Shown: positions 47,805-59,440, counted from the first letter of the stretch. The stretch is DNA of 64,000 nucleotides from Felis catus (GCF_018350175.1 NC_058368.1:173416001-173480000), one strand, 5' to 3'. The notes: generated by a model from the sequence alone, not told the origin. Translations and numbers: made by a program.

Positions 47805-48018
47805 GGGGCGCCTGGGTGGCGCAGTCGGTTAAGCGTCCGACTTCAGCCAGGTCACGATCTCGCGGTCCGTGAGTTCGAGCCCCGCATCAGGCTCTGGGCT
47901 GATGGCTCAGAGCCTGGAGCCTGTTTCTGATTCTGTGTCTCCCTCTCTCTCTGCCCCTCCCCCGTTCATGCTCTGTCTCTCTCTGTCCCAAAAATAAAAA
48001 TAAAATGTTGAAAAAAAA
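47805..48018 (+). mobile_element. Young felid SINE (SINEC_Fc)
   Basis: GGGGCGCCTGGGTGGCGCAGTCGGTTAAGCGTCCGACTTCAGCCAGGTCACGATCTCGCGG; CpGs retained; perfect TSD AAAGATAGCCAG at 47794-47805 and 48019-48030. Confidence 0.98.
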
Positions 48019-48199
48019 AAAGATAGCCAGTTGTGACTATCCATTGTGAACCAGGCAGCCAACTGAAGAATATGATGGCAGAAGGACTCACATGTCCCAC
48101 CTCATCTCTGAGCTGGTGAGTGCTTCCCTTTACCCACCAAACAGAAAGGACCCACATGACTCCACTTCCACCACATGGGAAGACAGAGTGCCACAGCCC

Positions 48200-48800
48200 A
48201 CTTGTGGCCACATAGTGGCTATCTGTGTTCCCACAGCCCAGAATCCATTCACCCATTTCAGTGCTAACAGCACCCAGTTTTACTATGGGAATCCCTACCT
48301 GCCTTTCAGCCCCAGTGGAATGGGACTCCACTCAGGGCCACAGCCACCCTGTGACTCAGCCCTGGCCAATCAGAGTGCCTGAATTCCTTCTAGCACTCTG
48401 ATTGGTCAGGGAAGATCATGTGGACCAGTAGGAACAGTGAGACCCCAGGAGATTTGCTCTCTCCTTGAGAGAAAAGTAGATTTCCTTTTTTTTTTTTTTT
48501 TTAAGTTTATTTATTTACTTTGGGAGAGGAAGAGAGTGAGCAGGGGAAGGGTAGAGAGGGAGAGGGAGAGAATCCCCAGCAGGCTCCACACTGTCAGCGT
48601 GTGGCTCAGTCTCACTAACCGTGAGATCATGACCTCAGCCAAAATCAAGAGTCAGAGGTTTAACCGACTCAGCTGCCCTTGCACCCCTAGAGAAGAAGAG
48701 GTTTCTTTTGCCTGGATTTGAACCTGGTGGCAGGCGCTTGCTACCATGTGGAGTGTCAGGATAAACAGAACTGGGCAGAGCCAAAAGGCAGGCATCCTGG
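48200..48800 (+). mobile_element. Old MLT1-type LTR (split by a SINE)
   Basis: TGCTAACAGCACCCAGTTTT...TGGCCAATCAGAG...GATTGGTCAGGGA...CATGTGGACC. Confidence 0.6.
48486..48687 (-). mobile_element. Older carnivore SINE inside an MLT1 LTR
   Basis: PolyT, TTTATTTATT, GAGAATCCCCAGCAGGCTCCACACTGTCAG...GAGATCATGACCTCAGCCAAAATCAAGAGTC...GCACCCC. Confidence 0.92.
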
Positions 48801-49189
48801 TCTTAGCTGGAGTCTCAGCTGGAAACTGGTCACCTAGCGCATTTATAGATATCAATACATTTCTTCCACCATCACCACCCAGAACTAGTTGCCTGTGCAC
48901 ATTCCTGTCTAATTGGAACATCATTTCTTCATGAGTTGGTAAAATCTCCCTCCAGCATCTGAGGGCCGCCTTAAACCACCCCTCCCCTGGTGAGGTTAGC
49001 TCTTTGTCCCCGGCCCAAGTTGTGAGTGGCTCAGGATCACATATTTCCAAGTCGGCTCAACCACCAGTCCAGTGTAGGAGTCCCTCAATGACAGGACCTG
49101 CCTGTCCTTTAACTCTGTGTCCAGTGCCCAGCATCCAGTAGGTGCTCACTAAATGCTGGTTGGATAAGTAAATGAATGACTGCAGAGAA

Positions 49190-49480
49190 GCAAGATACTC
49201 GTTCATCAAGTTTATGGATGACATGAAATTGGGAGCAGTTTCTAGCCAGAGGTTAGAATCGTAAAGCAGATTGGCTTTCGCAAATGAGAGTATGGCAAGG
49301 CTGAATCGGAATTGGATGACGTTCATTAAGTAACTAGTTTGAAGAAGTCGTTGCCAGCAGTCTGTGAGAGCTGGGGATGTAATGGCTTCTGTGCACGTTC
49401 CAAGACAAGCTGTGGAGTGGCAGCTGGATAGAGCAAAAGAAGCTGGACATTGAGGGCTGGTTTCCCCATCAAGGTCACTT
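49190..49480 (+). mobile_element. L3/CR1 LINE fossil, reverse-transcriptase region
   Basis: 49208-49234 translates KFMDDMKLG, matching the CR1 RT motif KFADDTKLG; stop codon shortly after. Confidence 0.75.
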
Positions 49481-50149
49481 CAGGGGCTTCTGACAAGCAA
49501 GACCCCGGCAAGTCCTTCTGCCTCCGTGAAGGCACTCTTAGCTCTGTATTTTGGCGACATAGAAGATTCAAGAAAGCAAGGGGAAAAAAAGCATTAAAAA
49601 TAGTGAAAGGGAAGACAAATTGGATTCTGAATTCGGGTTAAAGAGGCTGGGGCTGCTGCATCTGGAAGGAAAAGAGAGAGAAACCATTTCTCCAGGGGGC
49701 TTTCATGAGGGGCGTCCCCCCTTCCCCCCCCCCCATGGAGAAGGTGCCCCAGAAGGAGAATGATTGGCAGGGAGGCAGTGGCAGCCCGCCCTGCCCCCAC
49801 TGCAGCCTCCAGAGCTGCCGCCACCCCTGCTGTTTACACTTTTATCGTTTGCAATGAAAGACGATGATGTGTGTGTGCGCTGTATTGATTGTGCCTCTTA
49901 GATTTTTATGTCATTGTGGAAAGCGGCAATTATGCTCGCCCGCTCTGGAGGGAGCAAATGGCCCCGGGGGAGGACGTTGCAGGGCCAGGAAAACTCCAAA
50001 GCAGCTGGGAGGGGTCCAGCTCAGGGGCTGGAGGCTCGAGGCAGGCAGAACAGGAGAAGGGGCTAGTTGAACGTGAGAAGCGAAGGAATACCACCAAGTG
50101 GATGCATCATCTACTCTATAGCCATTTATCAAACACGTGTGCCAGATAT

Positions 50150-50730
50150 TCGAGTCATTGTCCCACACTCCTGAGAAAGCCCTCCAGTGGCTTCCCTTTT
50201 GCGTTGAGAATAAATCCACTCTGCTTACCAAGACATATGTCGTCTGACCCCCACCGACCTCTCTGGTCTCACCTCCACGCTCTCCCCTCCTCACTCACTG
50301 CCACCTAGCCACCTGGCCTCTTCTCGGTCTGCCCAGTCACCAAGCTGGGCCCCCTGCCTCAAAGCCTTTGCTCTTGCTGTTCCCCCTGTCTGGAATTCTG
50401 TTCCTCACCTTTATCCTGTCATTATCTTCACATTCAGATACACACTAAGCTTAAGTAGCACTTCCTTACAGAGCCCCGTCGTGAGGATCCCATATCATGT
50501 CCACACCAGTCTCTCTCTGTCGCATCATCTTCTTTTCTTCATAGCAGTTTTCATTCTCAGATATATTCTTGTCTATCTATGGGCTCATTGTCTGTCTCTC
50601 TAACCAAAATGTAAATGCAAAAAAGAACAAGGATCTTATTTACCTCTTGTTCACTGCTTTGCCATTAGTACCTAGAGGAGTTCCTGGCACACAACATGAT
50701 ATAAGGAATATTGATAAATATTATTAGCTA
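50150..50730 (+). mobile_element. L2 LINE 3' region
   Basis: CCCTCCAGTGGCTTCCC...AGAATAAATCCA...GCCTTTGCTCTTGCTGTTCCCCCTGTCTGGAA...TTCCTGGCACA. Confidence 0.85.
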
Positions 50731-50759
50731 GTTAACAGTAGAGGAAATTGAGGCTTGGG

Positions 50760-51185
50760 AGTGTATTAATCAGGACTGTATTAATTAATAACCAGGCTGA
50801 CACTGTTCCTGTTGTTCAGGGATGGCCCCATAGGCTGAGGAATTTTCCATCTTTCTGCCCACTTTTTCTTAGGCCGCTACTCTCAGCTTGTTCCTTATGG
50901 TTATAAAGTGGCTGCTGCTGCTCCTTACATAATTTGGGATTCAAGGCAGGGAGTAGAGGAGAATGTAAAATTCTGATCTAGCTGAATATGTCTTCCTTTT
51001 TACTGGGCCTTTACCATTTCTAAAACACCCCTCCCCAGGATTCTACTTCCAGCTCATTGGCTGGATCTATGTCACTTGCTGCAAGAGATATTGGGGAACA
51101 GAGCTATCTGAGCTCCAGGATAGAGGAAGGCAGAGGAAAGGTGGGTTGGACATGAGTGTTGAGTGAGCCAACCTCAGTGGCTACA
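50760..51185 (-). mobile_element. Old MLT1-type LTR
   Basis: TGTATTAATCAGGA...AAAGTGGCTGCTGCTGCTCC...CTCATTGGCTGGATCTATGTCAC. Confidence 0.65.
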
Positions 51186-51702
51186 GAGAGGTGAGCAGAC
51201 TTGCTCACAGCAAATGACTATAAACAGCAGAGCTAAATCTATGCCCTACTTGTTACACCTTGGCACTTCCCTCTTGGCCTCTCAGTGAGAGGGCACAGGC
51301 ACTAAGCAGATACCAGAAGTGCCATCAGGTCTTTCCCCTCACACAGTCCTGCCAACGATACCTTTCTTTATCCCAAAATGTCTCCTCCCTCCCACAGCAC
51401 ATGGAGCTCCAGCCACAACGATCCATTCAGGGCTCCTGAAACCTGACCAATCTTCCCTCCTCTGTTCCTTTGCACACATCGTACAGAGCCCCTGCCAACC
51501 GTCACCACTCTGCTCATCCTTCAAAGACCAGTTCAAGCGTTGCCTCCTGTAACTCTTCCCCTTTCTCTCTTAGTCACGTGCTAGGGACCTGTCCTTGTAG
51601 CAGAGGGGAGACTGACAATAAACAAAATAAATAAGACCATTTTATAGACAGATGTGGTGAGAAAACAAAACAGGATGGCATGTCAGGGAACAACTGGGAG
51701 GC

Positions 51703-52866
51703 TGTAATAGAGGGAATAATGGCCCCCCAAAGACATTCACGTCCTAGCCCCAGGAACCTGTGAATGTGTTAGACTACATGGTAAAGGAGAATTAAGGTTG
51801 CAGATGGAATTAAGGTTGCATATAACAGAAATTTGGCTGGGTTCTGTTCCCTGCTTCCTGGGAGGTGACCTCTAAATCCTTGGAATTTCTGGAGTGATAG
51901 GATTGTCGTTGTTATTCATGGCGGTCACTCAGACCACACCTGAACTTTTATGCTAACAAGGTGACTGGGGATGAGGGCTGGTCATGCCAGAAAGACCAGC
52001 CATGTGATTAGAGAGTTGGAATTTTGAACCACATGATACCAGCCCGACTTCTGTGGAGTGGGGAGGCTGGACATTGAGTTCAACCACATGGCCAATGATT
52101 CAACCAATTCAATCAGTCATGCCTACACAATGAAACCCTGATAAAAACTCTGACACCAAAGCTCCAGCGAGCACAAGTTGATGAGTAACCTGTCCTGATG
52201 GCACAAGGTTAGGACACAGAAGCTTCATGTTTGGGGCACACACAACCCCCAGACCTTGACCTCTGGGTCTCTCTCTTTGTTGGGCTCTGATTTCCGGCCT
52301 TTTGTCACCATAAGTATAGTGTTTTCCCGACTTTTCTGAGTTCTTCTAGCTCATTATAGAATCTAAGCAGAAGTGAGAACTCCTGAATTGGTAGCCAGCT
52401 GGTCAGGAGTGAAGATGGCCTGGGGACCCCTGACCTTGTGCCTGATGTCTGAAGTGAGGGCAGTCCTGTGGGGGACTGTGGCCTTAATTTGTGAAGTTTG
52501 GCCTCATTCCAGGTCATCAGTGTCATTGCACGTTGCTAATCAACTAGCCCTGAGTTGGGAGATTATCCTGGATTATCTAGTCGGCTCAATAATGTGGGTC
52601 CTTCAAAATGGAAGAGAGAGAACCAGAGAGATAGCAGTGTAAAAGTAGCTGAGCCTAATGTTACTAGCTTTGAGGATGGAGGAGAGAGGAAGGTGGGCAG
52701 AAGCTTCTAGAATCAGGAAAAGGCAAGGAAACAGAACCTCCAGAAGGAATGCAGCCCAGTGAGAGCCAATTTGGATTTCTCATCTCCAGAACTGCAGGAT
52801 AACAAAAGTGTGTTTCAAACCTCTAGTTTGCAGTTATGTATTGCAACAGCAGTGGGAAGCTCCACA
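51703..52866 (+). mobile_element. MLT1D solo LTR, split by a second LTR
   Basis: TGTAATAG...AATAATGGCCCCCCAAAGA...AATTAAGGTTGCAGATGGAATTAAGGTTGC / resumes GTTGCTAATCA...GGGAGATTATCCTGGATTATC...ACA. Confidence 0.9.
51821..52530 (+). mobile_element. MER21-like endogenous retrovirus solo LTR nested in MLT1D
   Basis: AGACCACACCTGA...TATGCTAA, CCAGAAAGACCAGCCATGTGATTAGAG, GGCCAATGATT...AATCAGTCATGCCTAC; GTTGC duplicated at 51815-51819 and 52532-52536. Confidence 0.82.
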
Positions 52867-53105
52867 GGGGTATTAATTTGTGCAGTGGGCATGGAGTCCG
52901 GAAATGCCTCTCTGAGAAGGTGACAGTTAAGGCACATTCTTCTGTCACATTGTTACTGACTTTGATTGTAAGAACCTCAAAAATATAAACCTTACCTGAT
53001 ACAACTTTGTATGCCCACTACTTACTGGAGACCCAGCAGGGATGACCTCCTTGGGAACTTCTTCCCTTACTGCATTTCATTTTGTTTTGTTTGTTTATCT
53101 TTTTA

Positions 53106-53107
<2 letters not shown>

Positions 53108-53145
<38 letters not shown>
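53108..53145. repeat. (TG)19 microsatellite
   Basis: Read directly. Confidence 0.97.
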
Positions 53146-53150
<5 letters not shown>

Positions 53151-53978
53151 AGTCTATGGATGGTAACACATGTGTAGATTCATGGAACCACCACAGAATG
53201 CAGAAGTGGGGCACACCCACAAGACTCCTGCATGCTATCCTTTATAGTCACACATTTCCCACACCCCTAAGCCCGGGCAACCACTGTCTTGTTCTCCGTT
53301 GCTATAGTTCTGTGATTTTGAGAGGGTTGAATAAATGGAAATACACATTACATAACCTTTTGAGACCGGCTGCTTTTCCTCAGCATAATGCCTCTGAAAC
53401 TCATTCAAGCTGTTGCATGTATCAGTTGGTTGATCCTTTTCATTACAGAGTTGTGTTCCATTGAATAGATGTATTGCAGTTGATCCATTCACCTCCTGGA
53501 AGACATTTGGATTGTTCCTCGTTCTTGGCAATTATCCATAGAGCTGCTATGAACATTTGTTTTCAGGTGAACATTTAAGTTTTCATTTCTTTAGGGTAAA
53601 CACCCAGGAGTAGGATTGTTGGGTCATATGGTAAGTATGTGTTTAACTTTATAAGAAAGTGTCAAACTTTTCCAGAGTAACCGTACCATTTTGCATTTCC
53701 ACTGGGAATGTGTGAGAGTTCTAGTTGTTCAGCATCCTTGTCAGCACTTGGTTTTGTCAGTATTTTTTATTTTTTTCATTCTTCTAGATGTGCAGTTGTA
53801 ACTTTTTGCCCTAATGGCTAATGATGCTGAACATCTTTTCGTGTGCCTGTTGGCCATCGTTATATTCTCTGGGGTCAAGTGCCTCTTCAAATCTTTTGTT
53901 CAGATTTCAAATAGGCTGTTTTCTTATTGTTGAGTTTTGAGAGTTCTTCATTTAATTTGAATACAAATATTTACTGGA

Positions 53979-54186
53979 GGGGTGCCAGGGTGGCTCAGTT
54001 AGTTAAGTGACTCTTGATTTTGGCTCAGGTCATGATCTCACAGTTCAGGAATTCGAGCCCCACATTAGGCTCTGTGCTGACACCATGGAGCCTGCTTGGG
54101 ATTCTCTCTCTCTCTCCCCTCTCTCTGCCCCTACCCTGCTTGTGCACCTTCTCTCTGAAAATAAACTTAAAAAAATTTTTTTAACT
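53979..54186 (+). mobile_element. Older carnivore SINE inserted in L1
   Basis: GGGGTGCCAGGGTGGCTCAGTTAG head, GCTCAGGTCATGATCTCAC, (CT)n, AATAAA; TSD TTTACTGGA at 53970-53978 and 54187-54195. Confidence 0.94.
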
Positions 54187-54720
54187 TTTACTGGAAACAT
54201 GGTTTGCAAATATTCTCTCCCAAGGTGATAGCTTATCTTTTCATTCTGTTAACAGTGTCCTTCTCAGAACAGAAGTTTTGATTTTTGTTGAAACTTAATT
54301 TATTCTCTCATGGATTGTGCTTTTAATGTCGTAAATGTGTCTGCTCTCAGGTCACAAAGATGTTCCCCTATGTTTCCTTTAAAAAGTGTTAACTATAATC
54401 TATTTAAAATTAATTTTTGCATGAAGTATAAGATTTAAGATAAGACTTTTTTGCTTATGAATGCATTCTCTTTTTTAAAGTTATATCTCTTTGAATAGTA
54501 TTTTTAGTAGTTGTTCTATAAATTACAATAGACATATCTTTCCAGTCTATTTAGAAATAATATTCTATCACTCCATGCAGAAATATCAAAAACTGACCAC
54601 TTCATAGGTCCCTTCCCTCTCTTCCTTTTATATTATATTTGTTTTCTATATTACATCCACATCCATTGAAAATCCCATCAGTGAGATTGGTTGATTGATT
54701 TTCAATCATCAGATATATTT

Positions 54721-55157
54721 TATTTTTATTTATTTATTCTTTAAATGTTTATTCTTTTTTTTAATTTTTTTTTTAACATTTATTTATTTTTGAGACAGAG
54801 AGAGACAGAGCATGAACGGGGAAGGGGCAGAGAGAGAGGGAGACACAGAATCGGAAGCAGGCTCCAGGCTCTGAGCCATCAGCCCAGAGCCCGATGTGGG
54901 GCTCGAACTCATGGACCGCGAGATCGTGACCTGAGCTGAAGTCGGACGCTTAACCGACTGAGCCACCCAGGCGCCCCTTAAATGTTTATTCTTGAGACAG
55001 CACAGGTGGGGGAGGAGCAGAGAGAGGGGGACAGAGAATCTGAAGCAGGCTCTGCACTGACAGCAGTAAGCCCGATGTGGGGCTCGAACTCATGAACTGC
55101 AAGACCATGACCTGAGCCAAACTTGGATGCTCAACCAACTGAGCGACCCAGACACCC
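54721..55157 (-). mobile_element. Older SINE, split by a younger SINE in its tail
   Basis: Body 54994-55157, tail 54721-54756; 19-bp TSD TCAATCATCAGATATATTT (54702-54720) / TCAATAATCAGGTATATTT (55158-55176), 2 mismatches. Confidence 0.92.
54757..54977 (-). mobile_element. Felid SINE (SINEC_Fc-type) nested in the older SINE
   Basis: Full-length body; perfect 16-bp TSD TTAAATGTTTATTCTT at 54741-54756 and 54978-54993. Confidence 0.97.
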
Positions 55158-56183
55158 TCAATAATCAGGTATATTTCAGGAGAAAAATAGCTTATTTGTC
55201 CAAATATTTGCCATCTCTGCTGCACTTCCTTTATTCCTGATATTTCAAATTTCTTTCTGCTATTATATCCCATTTGTCTGAAGAACCTCCCATACTGATC
55301 TCCTGGCATCAAATTATCTTGGCTTTCCTTCATCTGAGAATATCTTTATTTTACCTTTATTCCTAAAGGATATATCCTTCAAAGAATTCTGAGTTGATAG
55401 TTCTTCTTTCTCAGCATTTAAAAAATATTGTTCTGCTTTCTTCTAGCCTTTATGGTTTCTGATGAAAAATGCAGTCATTTGAATCATTGCTCCCATATAG
55501 GTAACATGTTCTTTTTCTCTGGTTGCTTTCAAGGCCTTTTTTTTTTTTTTTTTTTTTTTTTGTCCTTAGTTTTCAGAAGTTTGATTATCATGTGTCTGGG
55601 CACATATTTTTTTGTATTTACCCTGTGTGGGATTCACCAACCTTCTTAAATTGGTATGTTTCTGTTTTATACTAAATTTGGAAACTTGCCACCATTATTC
55701 TTCAAATAATTTTTTCTAGACCCTACGTTTTCTCTTCTCCTTCCAAGGCTCTAATGACATGAATGTTACATCTTTTGGTACTAACTTACAGGCCCTGGAG
55801 TCTCTGTTCATTTTCCCCTCAGTCTTTTTCCTTTCTGTTATTTAAATTATATAACTTCTATTGGCCTGTCTTCAAATTCACTGTTTATCATCTCCATTTT
55901 GTTATTGAGCCCATCCACTGAGTTTTTTTTATTTCAGTTATTGTATTTTTTCACTTCTAAATTTCCATCTGGTTCTTCTTGAGAGTGTCTCTTTCTGTGC
56001 TGAGACTTTCTGTCTTTCCATTCATTTCTAGAGTTTGCATATTTCATTTATAATAGCTGCTATGAAGTCATTGATGCATCTGTGAAGTCATCTCAGCATT
56101 GGCATCTCTGGATTGTCTTTTCCCAAGTGAGTTGAAAATTTTCCTCACCCTTCCTATATGGAGTAATTTTGATATTTTTCTTT

Positions 56184-56406
56184 TTTTTTTTTAATTTTTT
56201 TTTCAACGTTTATTTATTTTTGGGACAGAGAGAGACAGAGCATGAACGGGGGAGGGGCAGAGAGAGAGGGAGACACAGAATCAGAAACAGGCTCCAGGCT
56301 CCGAGCCATCAGCCCAGAGCCCGACGCGGGGCTCGAACTCACGGACCGCGAGATCGTGACCTGGCTGAAGTCAGACGCTTAACTGACTGCGCCACCCAGG
56401 CGCCCC
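56184..56406 (-). mobile_element. Young felid SINE (SINEC_Fc) inserted in L1
   Basis: Same diagnostic variants as the 47805 copy (GGCGCAG, CTTCAGCCAGG, GTCCCAAAAA); perfect TSD TGATATTTTTCTTT at 56170-56183 and 56407-56420. Confidence 0.98.
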
Positions 56407-57464
56407 TGATATTTTTCTTTAGCAGGCAATTAGCCCAGTTGGGTTCAGTCACAAGTTCTCACCAACCTCCTATAGGTTGTGGTTCCAATGTCAGTTCAAT
56501 TTCAATGCTTTTGCTGTGTTATTTAGATCTATCCCATATATGCACCACTGAAGGCCACTCTAGGATCGAGGTAGTGGTCTGTCCTTAGGTGTTCAGTTCT
56601 CGGGTCTATGTATGCTGTTTGGGGTCAGATCATGTATAGTTTGGGGATTACCCCAGATTTCAGAAACAATTTTAAAGGGCTGCGTTTCACAGCTCTTCCC
56701 TCTCTGGGATCTCCTCTGGACTTTCTAGTTCACTGAGGTGCCCCTTTTCCAGTGCTCAGACCAGAAGGCAGGAGCTTTATTTACCTCCACCTGCCATACC
56801 CTTCCTGTAACTGCTCATGTTGGTCCCAAGCAGCAGAGATAGCAAAGCGGCAGGGGCTTACCCATCTTCATGGGCAATGGCCCCTCCAGTGGAGAGGGAG
56901 GTTTCCCTCCCTCAGGGTTTTAGGTTCTTGTCTGCACACACTGATAGTGCTGCTCTTGCCACCACATTGCTTGGTTGCTGGGGTACAAGAGTAAACAAAG
57001 AAAGAAAAGACAAACAGGAGACTTCTGCTTAATTCTCAGCAATGGAAGACCTCTTTCTTGGTCCTCAAGCCAGAATCAGAAGGTTTTTCCTGTAGCTCTC
57101 TCTGTAGATGCTAATAACCCCTTCAAGGTTTTGAGTTGCATTGCATTCAACCGAGGGCATACCTGAGTGGAAGGAAGCAGTAAACTTACAACCAATTTGG
57201 TGTTACTTTGATGTTATCTGGTCTTCTTTTCAGAGAGTTCAAATACCTAGTCTGCACATTCTTTCCAGGTTTAAGCTGCATTCAGTGGGAGAGACAAGGT
57301 GGAGTGTGTTTACTTCATCTTACCTGGACCTGGAACCTCCTAGAAAAATTTTAAAGTACATGATGCATGCATACACAACACAGTGCTAAAGCCACTCTTT
57401 AGTAAGCACCTCTTATGTCAGGCGCACAAACAGAATTTTGTATTCACAGAGTTATGCTCATGCA

Positions 57465-57650
57465 GCCCAGGGTTTGAACCCAGCTGTCCCTCTTTCTGGC
57501 TGTGATGCTGGGCAAGAATCCAAATGTATATGATCCTCAGTTCTCTTGCCATAGGAGTGTGGCAAGGATAAGACACAATACTATGTATGAAGCCCTTTCC
57601 ATTAGACCTAGAACATAGTAAGTGCCCAAGAGATGATAGCTACTCTTGAT
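57465..57650 (+). mobile_element. MIR SINE
   Basis: GGGTTTGAACCCAGCT...TGGCTGTGATGCTGGGCAAG...CCTCAGTT...ACATAGTAAGTGC. Confidence 0.75.
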
Positions 57651-58014
57651 GTTATTATTACCTCTTATTTTGTTGCAGGCAGAGTCCTGGGGTTACAAGC
57701 TACAGAGAGGGACTCTACCTATGTTATGCAAAAAGAGAACATATCTTTGGAGCTCCCAGAATTCAAGAGCTGAGGGATCAGGTCAAAGAACACTAGGGAC
57801 TGCAGGCTGGGTTGAGCTTCACAGCTGAGCTTGCTCCTTGGCCCCACAGAGTAGGACAAACTGCCCTCAGGGCTCCCACTACGGGGGGCAGGTGTCATCA
57901 CTGCCCTCCCATGGAGACCACACCCAGAGGGAACTTTCCACAAAGAAATGGGGACTGATAGGCAAGGAGGATGTGGATTTTTGGAAACCCTCCCCCTCCA
58001 AAAAACTCCTTTCC

Positions 58015-58320
58015 TCTTGCTAGTTATAAGACCATGGGCAATTAACCTAACCTCTCTGCACTTCGATTTTCTCACGTGTGAAATAAGGTTCATAATCCTA
58101 TGAACTGAAGATTTCACCAAATAATGTCAGAAAAGGACTATACCTCAGGATCAGACACTGAGCTAGTGCTCAATTATAAAATTTTATTATTATTATTACC
58201 TGTAGCTGCTCATTCAATCCTCACAACAACCTCTGGGTGTTACTGACCTTGCTTTCCCTGTGGAGAAACTCACAGGGGTGCCATGATTTGGCCAAGAATA
58301 CTGACTTTAAACCTGCTTTG
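58015..58320. mobile_element. Two MIR fragments in opposite orientation
   Basis: GACCATGGGCAATTAACCTAACCTCTCTGC (+) then AATCCTCACAACAACCTCTG (-). Confidence 0.7.
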
Positions 58321-59329
58321 ATTCCCAACAAACCTCACTTGTCGTCAAGGTGGGGGTGGCCACCAATGGTGGGGCAGGTCCCGGTGTGTGCAGTTGATGG
58401 CAACCACAACAGGGACAGCACTCGGGGAAGGGGGTCTTGTAACAAGGGTGGTTGCGGGAACCCCCTCCGTCTGAGGTCCTGCATGTGTTGGACGCAGTAT
58501 GCTGCCTACAAAATGAATTTCCCTGTGTGTACAAAGTGTGTCTACCCTCAGTGCCCCCGTGTTTTGTTCCGTGCTTTTCTCGTGAGAGACATCAGTTATT
58601 TGGATGAAGCTGTCAAGATGAGAAATTGTGGACTCGGAGACAGGACAGTGTCCCCACAGGGTCTGTGCGTCATGGGGTTTGGCAGGAGAAGCCCTGAGCT
58701 GACCAGGCACAGCTGGGGCAGGGCGGAGGCCAGGGCTGGACTGCCAACAGGACAAGAAGGCTGGAGCAGGGGAAGCAGAGGGACCTAGTGGGACCCATCA
58801 TGAAGCAGGAGGAGCAGATGGCACCTTATTTTCTTCCCATTTTTTCCCCTTTTCCCCCTCCACTTAAGAAAAAGCTGTAACAAGACAGCCTATAGAATGA
58901 CAAGATTGATTGTGTCGTTCTGGCCTTTGAGGGAAGAAGGGGGAAGAAAATCAAATTATTGGACAGGGTCCTTTTAAGGAACTGCTGCTTTAATTTATTT
59001 TCTTATATTTTGTCAATACCTGTTGTTTTTTTCTTAAACAAGTGCTGCGCTTTATAAATGGATTTGGCTTGAGCAAAACAAACACAGTTATTTCATACTT
59101 TTCCTTCCTTCTAAAACTTACTTAATATGTGGTGAGCGGCTAAGACACAGGGTCTGACCATCACTCAGGAGGTTAACAGGTGGCTTTAGAGAAACACCCA
59201 GTCCCAGGTGGGGTGAGGGCAGGCAGGGGTTGGACACAGCAGCAGACTTGTGGCACAGATTATCACCTCCCAGCCACATAGTCAGGGTCCCAGGCCTGTT
59301 GAGGCTCCATGTCCCCGACCTGAGGAGAC

Positions 59330-59440
59330 ATTAAAAAAAAAAAAAAACAGATTGCCCCACACACTCTGGAAGAGTCTGACTCAATGAGTCTGGAGTGGAC
59401 CCCGAGACTCTGTGGGGATTTTAATATCAGGTGATTGGCT
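59330..59440. mobile_element. MER5-type fragment
   Basis: AAAACAGATTGCCCCAC...TCTGACTCAATGAGTCTGGAGTGGACCC...CAGGTGATT. Confidence 0.55.

Larger units (their letters stand above)
53090..54460 (-). mobile_element. L1MC-type LINE-1 3' region (interrupted by (TG)n and a SINE)
   Basis: CATTCACCTCCTGGAAGACATTTGGATTG, GGGTCATATGGTAAGTATGTGTTTAACTTTATAAGAAA, TTTGCAAATATTCTCTCCCA. Confidence 0.92.
54470..57340 (-). mobile_element. Old L1M 5'/ORF1-derived sequence (interrupted by three SINEs)
   Basis: T-rich; TTTATTCCTAAAGGATAT, AGAATTCTGAGTTGATAG, TTTCAGAAGTTTGATTATCATGTGTCTGG, TATTGAGCCCATCCACTGAGTTTTT are antisense L1 ORF1 hallmarks. Confidence 0.82.

Noticed and set aside
47805..47890. tRNA-like A/B boxes
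   Set aside because: SINE heads, not tRNA genes
51790..51820. Direct repeat AATTAAGGTTGCA x2 (and CATTTTATTGTGCTT x2 at ~47209)
   Set aside because: Intrinsic to the MLT1D and Tigger1 consensus sequences
57660..57830. Possible exon after acceptor TTATTTTGTTGCAG
   Set aside because: No convincing donor, no recognisable peptide, sits between MIRs
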